A DNA stretch of 64,000 nucleotides from Felis catus. Lineage: Eukaryota. The stretch spans positions 144,214,001-144,278,000 of the forward strand of contig NC_058368.1 in assembly GCF_018350175.1 (NCBI RefSeq), read 5' to 3'. This document shows, piece by piece, positions 53,651 to 64,000 of this stretch. The translations under genes and the position numbers were made by a program. Under the pieces are notes generated by a model that did not search any database, was not told the DNA's origin, and worked only from the letters and a program-made list of their open reading frames with translations. Position 1 is the first letter of the stretch. Every line of letters begins with the position of its first letter.

Positions 53651-53804
53651 GAGAGATTTATCTGGCTTCATATGTAAATTTTATAATGCTGAATGTAAAA
53701 GCAATTTATATTAAGCTGCTCAAATATTTCAGCTTTGGCCATTGGTAGTTCTTTGAATTGACTCCTGGTGCCCCTTTGACATACCCATCAATGTGAATTT
53801 ACAT

Positions 53805-54498
53805 TTTTTTATTACTTAAATTTTTATTTTTATTTTATTATTTTTTATTTTTTGTTTTTTTTCTGTTTTATTTCCTATTTTATTTTATTTATTTTTTAAT
53901 ATTTAATTTATTGTCAAATTGGTCTTCATACAACACCATCCCACCAGGTGCCTTCCTCAAAGCCTGTCACCCATTTTCCCCCCTTCCCCACCCCCCATCA
54001 ACCCTCAGTTCTCAGTATTTAAGAGTCTCCTATGGTTTGCCTCCTTCCCTCTCTGTAACTTTCTTTTTCCCCCTTTCCCCCTTCCCCTCCTCCCTGGTCT
54101 TCTGTTGAGTTTTCCAGGATCCACATATGAGTGAAAACATAATGGTATCTGTCTCTCTCTGCCTGACTTATTTCACTTAGCATAACACTCTCCAGTTCCA
54201 TCCACATTGCTGCAAAGGGCCATATTTCATTCTTTCTCATTGCCAAGTAGTATTCCATTGTATATATAAACCACATCTTCTTTATCCATTCATCAGTTGA
54301 TGGACATTTAGGCTCTTTACATCATTTGGCTATTGTTGAAAGTGCTGCTATAAACATTGGGGTACAAATGCCCCTATGCATTAGCACTCCTGTATCTCTT
54401 GGGTAAGTTTTTAGCAGTGCTATTGCTGGATCATAGGATAGATCTACTTTTAATTTATTGAGGAACCTCCACACTGTTTTCCAGAGCGGCTGCACCAT
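53805..54498 (-). mobile_element. 5'-truncated felid L1 (3'UTR and end of ORF2)
   Basis: ORF 54019-54276 reads MWFIYTMEYYLAMRKNEIWPFAAMWMELESVMLSEISQ (ORF2 C-terminus); T-rich tail at ~53805-53910. Confidence 0.9.
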
Positions 54499-55414
54499 TT
54501 TAGATGAAATGTTCTAAAGCAACATGTGATAAATGTTAACATCAAGTGAATATCCAATAATAAAAGAAATCGGTGAATAAGTTATGACTTTTACATACTA
54601 TGAAGTATTTTTCAGGCATTACAAACAATTAGCTGTTGCTAGGTCACTTTATGTGGAGAAATTTCCAAGAGTTACTGCTTATGAAATAATACACAGGGCT
54701 AGTGTATATGATATATGCTTGTGTTTGAGCATATGAACATGAAATAAAATTAAGTTTCACTCTAGGCTGTTAACATTGGTTGGTAGTGAGGTGACAAGGG
54801 AAGGAGGGGAGGAGGAGGGGAATGGGGAGCTCTGTGCCACAGAAGAGAAAGAAAATGTACTAGTCAGCATGGATGATATGGTTTTATGTACTCACATAAT
54901 CTTAGACATGCATGTGTGCACAGAATTTTATAGAGAGTATAGAAGCACTTTAAATGAAGACAGAGTTGACCTAGGGAGAATTTACTGTGTTTGAATGGTG
55001 AGTGTGGTAGAAACAGACTTAGCAAAAAGCCAACCAGACAAAGATACCATTTCAGAGAAAGAATTACTTGATGATGTATTTAATTGGTAGAGTATTTAAA
55101 CAAATGGTGCAATTAAATTAAAATGATGCTTTTCCATTTTTCTCCCTTTTGTATTTATTAAAGTAATTGACCTCAAATTCAATGGGTTCTTGATAATCCC
55201 AGTGTACTACTTGATATAAAATACCAGTGGTAAAAGTGGTAATTATATTTTATGAAATGAGACCTTTTAACAGGGAAACTTTAGATCTTTCTCTTTTTTT
55301 CAACTTAGGAAGGAATAAAGAATGAATTTCTTTTTTTTGGTCAGGCCAAGGCCTAAATACAGATAGTTCAAATTACGAATAATTATCTTTGAAGTTTTCA
55401 TTTTTTTCTTTCAG

Positions 55415-55527
55415 TGTGCGGGATGACAGAATTCGAGTAGAAAGGATGGATAACGTGTATTTTGAATACAGCCATGCTTTCCAGGCAGTTACAGAGTTTT
55501 ATGCAAAAGATGTAGTTGACATCCAAG
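55415..55527 (+). CDS. MSH3: MSH3 exon 9 (113 nt): (R)[37 protein letters not shown]
   Basis: Acceptor tttctttcAG (55413-55414), donor AAG|GTAAAT (55528); in phase with exon 8 across a 31-kb intron. Confidence 0.96.
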
Positions 55528-57039
55528 GTAAATATTGTATATGTGTTAGCCTTAATGTCCTCAAATACAACTGAGTTGAGATTTGGATAAAGGTGCGAGT
55601 TTGATTTTCAACTTAATGAAAACTAGGCAGTTACTGCTAAATAACTGGCAAGAGTAGAGGCAGGTGTTCACTGTTCTTGCGCTCATCAAAACACCCCCTG
55701 CAGCTTCTTCCTTTGTAGTTATGACTGTTTAGTAACTTCATGTTTTTGACAGATTCATTGGAGTGTAAGGTATTACTGATCACCCTTCCTTTTTGCTTCT
55801 CTTAAAAAATAGCCCGTTATTTTCCTTGCAGTTTTGCAGAGTATTTGGTTAAATCTCCTGATAAACGCTAGTGTTTTGTTAGATTGATTGCCAGAATTTA
55901 AATACCAGAACATTAATGACAGGGTCTTAATATGTTAAGTAACCATTATTTGTTTAATTCACCTGTCCTCGCCAGGTATCATTGCTTGATTTGGTCTGTA
56001 CGTCTCCTTCCTGCTAGTCCAACTTCTGTTAAGTTTCATTTTTATATCCTATCACATGCTATAGGACTGTTACCATTAGACCATAGATAGACCAGTCTCC
56101 CCTTGGCCCTCCTACAGGCACCAGTGTCTTGTTAGCATTTCTCTGCCCATCTCCTTTAATCTCTTGGTGCCAGATTGAACTGAGTGTCTGTGAGGGTAAC
56201 CCACTTCTGACACAGTCTGTATTATCACAAGGGATTGTTGTCTTATGCTCAAGTAAAGACAGGACTAAGTCCCAGGCCTACCATAAGCCACTTTTGGCAT
56301 CAGATTCACTTGGAAGGGTGGGGGAGAGGAAACCCAGCTTGCTAATAGGGCACTTGCTCCTCTTAGTGGGAATAGCCCCGCACAGGGTTTATAGCAGTGC
56401 ATAGGGTCACTGAGGGCTGAAGTCGTGCTACTTGTCCCATCCCTCCGAGTGACAGCTCAGCTGCAGAGGCAGGAGACACTCATCAGGATCTGCCCAGGTT
56501 TAGAAGCCTCATACAGTGCCAACTTCAGAGTCAGTATACGCAGAGAAGACCCAAATTGTAGAATCAGTAATTCTTCTTAGTCCAGGTGCCATTTTCTGGT
56601 TTCAGGTCATTCTTAACCACATGCAGTGTTACCTCAGAACACACTGGCACGTCATCTAATTTATCAGATATCCTGGGGACTAGAGATAGAAAGTTAAAAG
56701 ATGAAATTCTCAGAAGGTGGAAGAGTTTCGTTAACTCTTTATTTATACCTTGGTTTTATAAAAAGCCACAATTGGAATTAATGTATTTGGTATTACTGAT
56801 TTGTAGAGGATATTTTGTAATGTTTTTTATTTCTGAAAGTAGCAAATGGCTATTGCAAAAAAAGTCAAAACATAGTCGTGCGTAAAGAAAAAAGTAAAAG
56901 TCCCTCCCCTCAAATCTTTAAGAATTTTTCTATGTACAAATCTACACATATAACTATATGTGCATAATTCTGTATATTTAATCTAACCTGGATTTATTCT
57001 TTTAACTAATTTTTATTGATGGCCTATTTTGTGAAGCAT

Positions 57040-57650
57040 CACACATACGATAAGGAATAAAACAGACAAAAATTCCTGCCCTTCTGGAGTTCACATTCTA
57101 AGGGCGGATACGTACAATAAATTAAGTTAGTGTGTTTGAAGGTGATAAGTGTTAACAAAGAAAATAAGGCATGGAGGAGGGTGAACTTGAATAGGGTGAT
57201 GAAGTAAGGCCTCACTGAGAAAATGGCACTTAAACAAAGATTTGAGCAAAGATTGAAGGAGTTTAGGGGTAAAGCCATATGGACATGTGAAGGAACAGTG
57301 TTTCAGGCAGAGACAACAGGAAGCACAGCATATCTCAGGTACCCGTTATGTTTAAGGAATAAGACGGAGCCTGGGTGCTAGAACAGAGTAACTAAGGAAG
57401 AGAATAAAGGAGGTGGAAGGCAAGTTGTGGGGCGTTACTCACCTCCAGACCTCTGTAAGGGGTTGAGCTGCTTCTCTCATGTTGGAGGATTTTTATAAGC
57501 AAAGGAGTCTAATGGTCTGCTGTACATTTTAAAAACGATTCTTTTGGCTGCTCTGTTGAGAATAATACCCTGTAAGGCACAGGGATGAAGCTGGGAGACC
57601 AGATGGTAAGCAGTACTCCTGCTGAGAGATGAGAATAATTGTACAACTTT
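57040..57650 (-). mobile_element. L2 LINE fragment
   Basis: ACAGACAAAAATTCCTGCCCTTCTGGAGTTCACATTCTA...GGCCTCACTGAGAA...TTTTGGCTGCTCTGTTGAGAATA. Confidence 0.7.
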
Positions 57651-58150
57651 CCCCCCCTTCACTCAGCAATATATTATGGATAATCTTCTGTGCCTTTATA
57701 GATAGTTGTAAGTCATTCTTATTGGTAGATGCCTAATAATCTGGACTTATCAAAATTTATTTAACTATTACCTTATTGATGTTCAGTTAAGTTGTCTCTA
57801 GATTTCACTATTACAAAAGATTTTTCAGCTCACTTCCTTGTAAATACATCTCTGACATGCATTTTAGAGTATTTCTGGGTCAAAGGGGATGGGCATTTTA
57901 ATATTTTGAAAAAGTTGCTCAATTGCTCAGTTGCTCTCCAGAAAAGGCTTATTTCACTATCAAAATGCCTGTTTTTCCATGACCTAGATATTTGTAATCT
58001 TCTAACATTTTTCCAAAGGGCAGTTTTAGGAAGTATTGTCTAAATTATCATTTCAATAACCATAAGCTGAATTTCACTTAACTTAAAGTTTATTTCTAAC
58101 AATGGTGAACAATAATTTTAATGAAAGTCTATATTCTGTTTTTTTTTTAG

Positions 58151-58265
58151 GTTCTCAAAGTTTTTCTGGCATCATTAACTTGGAGAAGACTGTAATTTGC
58201 TCTTTGGCTGCTATAATAAGATACCTCAAAGAATTTAACTTGGAAAAGGTGCTTTCCAAACCCAA
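58151..58265 (+). CDS. MSH3: MSH3 exon 10 (115 nt): [38 protein letters not shown]
   Basis: Acceptor (t)nAG (58149-58150), donor AA|GTAAGT (58266); ends in phase 2. Confidence 0.96.
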
Positions 58266-58343
58266 GTAAGTAATTTTTAAAACAAAACAAAACAAAACAA
58301 AAAAACAAAGGGGGTAGAGTTTCATTAAAAACATTTTCTTTGA

Positions 58344-58572
58344 GGGGCGCCTGGGTGGCGCAGTTAGTTAAGCGTCCGACTTCAGCCAGGTCACGATCTC
58401 GTGGTCCGTGAGTTCGAGCCCCGTGTCAGGCTCTGGGCTGATGGCTCGGAGCCTGGAGCCTGTTTCTGATTCTGTGTCTCCCTCTCTCTCTGCCCCTCCC
58501 CCATTCATGCTCTGTCTCTCTCTGTCCCAAAAATAAATAAACGTTGAAAAAAAAAATTAAAAAAAAAAAAAA
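58344..58572 (+). mobile_element. Young felid SINE ~80 nt downstream of exon 10
   Basis: Young-subfamily diagnostics (GGGCTGATGGCTC); TSD-like ATTTTCTTTGA(G). Confidence 0.95.
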
Positions 58573-59825
58573 ATTTTCTTTGAGAAAAATTCCTTTTTAA
58601 AATTCTTTTGGCTTGAAGTTCATGTGGATTCATTTGGAAGTAAGAGCATCTGGGAAGTTTTACATTATTGACTTTTCTTTGATTATTGACTGACAAAAAG
58701 TCATCTTCTGTTTTCTACTGTATGTCGTCATTAAACCATAATACATCCAGCTTTAGAGTGTGATTCAGTCTCTCCGTATTTCAGTGTATAAAAGTATTTC
58801 TTAAATTGAATTTGATAAGTATGGTACTCAGAGAAGTTCAGCTACTATTGATAGAATATTCTGTTTAGGGGCAAGGATGACCTATATGGGTACTATTGGT
58901 GAAACATATTAATTAATATAAAAATATCCATAAGAATTTTGTCAATTTGTATTCATGTAGCTTTTTAATATACTGAATTCTAAAGCACAGTTAATTGGTA
59001 AGTAGTATTAAGTAGAATTAAGAAGTGGTATTAAAAAACATTCATAAAACTTCACTGCCTTTCTTATTCTTAGTTTCAGTTCTCCATAGATCATAAAGTT
59101 GGAGATAAAGAGGATAGATACTAACATAGCTTTTTAAAAGAGTGATTAACTTTGTAGAGTTCAGAGATTTAAAAACTGGCAGTTGACATGCTAGGAAGAT
59201 AATAGTCTAAAAACCAGTGGAATAAAAAAAGGTAGTGGGATCATTTTCTTTCCTTTCTCTATTTCACTTTCAGCAGCCCCTTGTTTTTGGCTTTGTGAAG
59301 AATTACCCTTTATCATTTTGATCCTTGATAAGTAAGCTTCTTCCTGTTCTGCAGAGGTGGGTGGGCAAATAGGAGCTACCTCAATAAAATGGCCGAGTAT
59401 GAAGTGGGGAACAAAGAGGTCGTCCTGATTTGGTTGTTGAGGAGGATGGGAGAAAGGCATGTCCCTTGGGAATCTTTTTGTAATGTCTTTTTTGGTGTGT
59501 GTTCTACGTAGTATTTAGGATAGAACAGAATATCATTGCTCTGAAAGCGTTTTGTCCTTTTTAAAATCAGTCTAAATGTCCATCAACAGGAGAGTGGATT
59601 TATTATGTTATATTCATGCAGTGTGGTGTTACACAGCAATGAAAATAAATGGACTGGAGTTACACATACCAGTATTCAAAAAATTGTGTTACCATTATAT
59701 TGAGCCAAAAATCAAATTGCTGAAGGACATATAGCACATACTATTATATGAAGTTAGAAACATGTAAAAAAGTCACAACTGAAGTAGTGCTTAGGAATAT
59801 TAGTTAAGAATACATGCATATGTAT

Positions 59826-60014
59826 GGGGTGCCTGGGTGGCTCAGTCGGTTAAGCATCTGACTTGATTTCGGCTCAGATCACGATCTCACCATTTGTGAG
59901 GTCGAACTGCACATCAGGCTTCCTGCTTGGGATTCTCTCTCTCCATGTCTCTCTGCTCCTCCTCTGCTTATGCACGCACTCATTCTCTCTCAAAAAAAAA
60001 ATAAATAAATAAAA
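59826..60014 (+). mobile_element. CAN-SINE
   Basis: Sense SINE consensus. Confidence 0.88.
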
Positions 60015-60511
60015 AGTATACACAGGTATATAGGGAAGGTACAAAGACATACGTGGAAGTGATGAACAACAAATTCAGAAGAGTGATTTCTTCTTCTAGT
60101 GGGGAAGGAGGGGAAGCAATAAAGGTTGGTGGGGGAAATGGCACAGGGGAGTTCTAATTGGTGTTTTATTTTTTAACCTGAGTACTGTATTATTAATCTG
60201 TATATCTTTTACTATGGCTGAACTGTTTTGTTAAAGAGTATGAGCCTGGTATTAACACCTCATTGGGTTCCACATTAAGCTCCAGTGATAGGAGACTTAC
60301 GGAAGAGATTGATCCATACGGTTGACTGTGCTGGATCCCTGTAATGAAAGGATGGCAAACTACCTACCATTTGACTTCCTCAAGATAGAGAGCCCTCTAA
60401 ATGAGGTAGAATTATTGACTGATAACTTGCCCATTAAGACTTGTTTCTATTCCTATATCACCAAGCAATGAAGTATTAATTTTGGAATAAAGAAACTGAC
60501 TTTAAAAGCAA

Positions 60512-60536
60512 TTTTTTTTAATGTTTATTATTTATT

Positions 60537-60578
<42 letters not shown>

Positions 60579-61462
60579 CATGAACAAGGGAGGGGCAGAG
60601 AAAGAGGAAGACACAGAATCCAAAGCAGGCTCCAGGCTCTCGGCTGTCAGCACAGAGTCCAACTCAGGGCTCGAACTCAAGAACCGTGAGATCATGACCT
60701 GAGCCGAAGTGGGACACTAAACCGACTGAGCCACCCAGCCACCACCTCCCTGCCTTTCTATTTATTTATTTATTTAAAAAAATTTTTTAAATGTTTTTAT
60801 TTATCTTTGAGACAGAGAGAGACAGATCATGAGCAAGGGAAGGGCAAGAAAGGGGGAGACACAGAATCTGAAGCGGGCTCCAGGCTCTGAGCTGTCAGCA
60901 CAGAGCCGGACCCGGGGCTCAAACCCACGAACCATGGGATCATGACCTGAGCTGGAGTCAGACGCTTAACCAGCTGAGCCACCCGGGCACCCCTCTGTGC
61001 CTTTTTAAAATTAAATTAAATTAAATTAAATTAAATTAAATTAAATTAAATTAAGTCAGGCTCTGATGTATTTAGAAGTAGATATATTTGGTTCTAAAAA
61101 CATTATCGTGTCCTCTTTAGTTTTAAGTCAAAGTAAGAATAATACTAAATAGTAAAATGTGTTTATTTATATTGAAGTTAAATTAGTTTATTTTTTTTAA
61201 TTTTTAATTAATTTTTAATTAATTTTTTATTTATTTTTTATTTTTTTAAATTTTTTTTTTTAACGTTTATTTATTTTTGAGACAGAGAGAGACAGAGCAT
61301 GAACAGGGGAGGGGCAGAGAGAGGGGGGGCACAGAATCGGAAGCAGGCTCCAGGCTCTGAGCCATCAGCCCAGAGCCCGACGTGGGGCTCGAACTCACCG
61401 ACCGCGAGATCGTGACCTGAGCTGAAGTCGGACACTTAACCGACTGCGCCACCCAGGCGCCC
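60512..61462 (-). mobile_element. Three antisense CAN-SINEs (~60512-60745, 60755-60993, 61186-61462) with a (TTAAA)n tract at 61011-61054
   Basis: Three SINE bodies; about 9 TTAAA units. Confidence 0.9.
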
Positions 61463-62036
61463 AAATTAGTTTCTTTTTAAATCATCTAACTTGATAAATT
61501 ACACGAAGCTGAATTCTTCTCATTTTGTATTTGGTGGTGGTGTTGGGCCTTGGTCAGGAAACTGAATCTGCTGATGACTTAGTATGTGTCTAATCTGGTA
61601 GTTAGGTGATCCCCTCCTCTCAATGCCATAGAGCCAAAAACAAGAAAAATGGAGATCCAGAATGTTAAGCCCTCACATGGTATAAATTTCTATCACTCAG
61701 AATGTGCCCAGCACCAAGCAGGCAATCAGTAAATACAGGATTAATGGAAGAAAAAGAAAGAAGGAAGGAATTCATCCTGTGAGTGTGGTTTTGATTGGAA
61801 ATTGCCAAAATGTCATTGGCAGACTGGTACTATTGTTTTGCTTAAATGTGAAATATGAATGATGATGTTATATAGATGGCATGTGATTGAACTTTGAAGA
61901 TAATTCCAGAAGAGTGATTCCACACTTACATTTTGGAAAAAGAATATAACCTCTCAAGGTAATTACTTTGGAAAACATGAATGTTCTTGTGTATTGAGAA
62001 TTCAGTTATATTACTTTAAAAGTTCAGCAGCATAAT

Positions 62037-62242
62037 GGGGGACGCCTGGGTGGCTCAGTCAGTTAAGTGTCCGATCCCAGCTCAGGTCATGATCCCACAG
62101 TTCATGGGTTCGAGCCCCGGGTTGCGCTCTGTGCTGACAGCTCAGAACCTGGAGTCTGCTTCGGATTCTGTGTCTACCCTCCCTCACTCACACTCTCATT
62201 CTCTTTCAAAATTAAATAAACATTTACAAAAAATTTAAAAAA
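62037..62242 (+). mobile_element. CAN-SINE
   Basis: TSD AGTTCAGCAGCATAA on both sides. Confidence 0.92.
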
Positions 62243-62489
62243 CAGTTCAGCAGCATAAGATACTATTATGTTTACTTCAAGAGCTGTGTTAATGGGGAAG
62301 TTTTTATTTTCTTTGTATTGCAAATGCTTTCATAAAAACTGGCATATTTCATAAAAATCTTGATATGCATTTATTTTGTGCCTTTACAATAGAAATTTAG
62401 CATATTAGAGAAAATATGTCATTTTAGGTATTCTTAAAATTGGATTAAGTGAGGTTTTATTAGATAGGTTAAATTTGGAGGTTCCCAGG

Positions 62490-62702
62490 GTAGCTGGGTG
62501 GCTCAGTCGGTTGGGTGTCCGACTTTGGCTTAGGTCATGATGTTGCAGTTTGTGAGTTTGAGCCCACATTGGGCTCTGTGTTGACAGCTTAAAGCCTGGA
62601 GCCTGCTTCGGATTCTGTGTCTCCCTCTCTCTCCGCCCCTCCCCGACTCACACTGTGTCTCTGTCTCTCAAAAATAAAGAAACATTAAAAACATTAAAAA
62701 AA
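62490..62702 (+). mobile_element. CAN-SINE
   Basis: Sense SINE consensus. Confidence 0.88.
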
Positions 62703-63189
62703 ATTTTTTTTAAGGTTCCAGTTTGTTTTGAGAGTTTAAATAGCTTTGTCCAGAGCAAAATAGTATAATAGAATAAATAGAATATGAGGGATATTAGTCA
62801 TTATGACAGACTCCCAGGTTGGATTCCCAAATTGATGAAATTGTAAAGGAATTGGCATTTTTGTTAATGTTGGAAATGAGTGCTTTTGTGTTTTCAGATG
62901 ACTTTTATTAAGATTGGTATGGTCAGAACTTCACATAGTTTTTGAAAATTTAGGAAAGAATGAGAAAATTCACCCCAGGTGAACTGTAACAGCTTTTTCT
63001 TAGAAAACTTCTTATAACAGAATGGTAATGTAGAGTGTTTACTTTTACTAGTGAAAATGAATTTTACAATTATTTTAATGACCTCTAATGGGTAGAGACC
63101 AGAGATGTGGCTGAATATCCTAAAATGGACAGGATATTCCTCTGTAGAAAATACTTATTTAGCCCTAAATTCAACAGTCCAAAAACCAG

Positions 63190-63900
63190 TTAAAGATACC
63201 ATAAAAGAAGAAACTATAGACCAACATGAATATGGACATGAAAATCTTCAAAAAAATACAAGCAAATGGAATCCAGCAAAATAAAGGATTATACATCATG
63301 ACAATGGGATTTATTCTAGGACTATAGGTTTGGTCTAACAAATGGAAAATTAACGTTCTGTACCATGTCAGTATAATAAGAGATAAAAACTACAGGATCA
63401 TCTCAACAGACAATTAAAACTCCCCTTCATGAATAGAAACATCCAACAAACTAGAACTAGAAAGGAACTTCCTCAAGCTGAATGAAAAGCTCAGAACCTC
63501 ATATCATACTTAACGGGAGAAAGAATGAATGCTAACTCCCACCCCGCCCCAAGAACAGGAATAGGAAGAAGCAGTGTTTTCTCACTTTTATTGAGTATTG
63601 TCCTAGAAAGTGTAGCCATGGCAATTAGGCAAGAAAATGAAATAAAAGGCATCCAAATTGTACAGGAAGAAGTAAAACTGCTTATTGCAGTTAACCTGAA
63701 ATTCTGTATAGAAATCCTAAAGAATCCACAAAAAATATTAAAGCGTATAAAATGAGTTCATGAGGTTGCAGGATATGAGATCAATATACCCAAATTAACT
63801 GTATACCTGTATAACTGTATATCTGTAACCTTGCAATGAAGAATCTAAAAATGAAATAATTTCATTTATAATAGCATAAAAAAAGAATAAAATAATGCAT
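63190..63900 (+). mobile_element. Old L1 ORF2 (RT region) fragment
   Basis: LLSIVLESVAMAIRQENEIKGIQIVQEEVKL is an L1 RT segment; degenerate. Confidence 0.8.
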
Positions 63901-64000
63901 TTAACAAATGCATTATGAAATTACATAATGATGATGGTTGCACAATCTAACTGTTAATATACTTAAAAACCATTGAATTGCATACTCCAAATAAATGGTG

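Overview
This is mammalian genomic DNA, almost certainly from a felid: the SINEs are carnivore tRNA-derived CAN-SINEs with SINEC_Fc-type diagnostic positions. The whole window lies inside the mismatch-repair gene MSH3 (MutS-beta subunit) on the + strand. I traced nine consecutive in-phase coding exons by hand, equivalent to human exons 2-10 (numbering inferred from recalled human structure). Intron 6 (18275-19911) is a U12-type AT-AC intron. The introns hold a dead full-length antisense LINE-1 with an 18-19 bp TSD, about 39 CAN-SINEs (mostly antisense), an ERV solo LTR nested in an MLT1 LTR, older LINE and DNA-transposon relics, and many microsatellites. The most unusual items are small. They are a 37-nt 5' half of tRNA-Glu(CTC) captured inside a SINE with a 16-bp target duplication, a fold-back AT-rich insertion in L1 ORF1, a poly(A)-only insertion with a TSD, and an inverted pair of young SINEs flanking exons 9-10, whose 228-nt circle would be a stop-free ORF. 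I see no evidence for a new multi-gene system. Repeat family names come from recalled consensus sequences, not a database search, and repeat boundaries are approximate.
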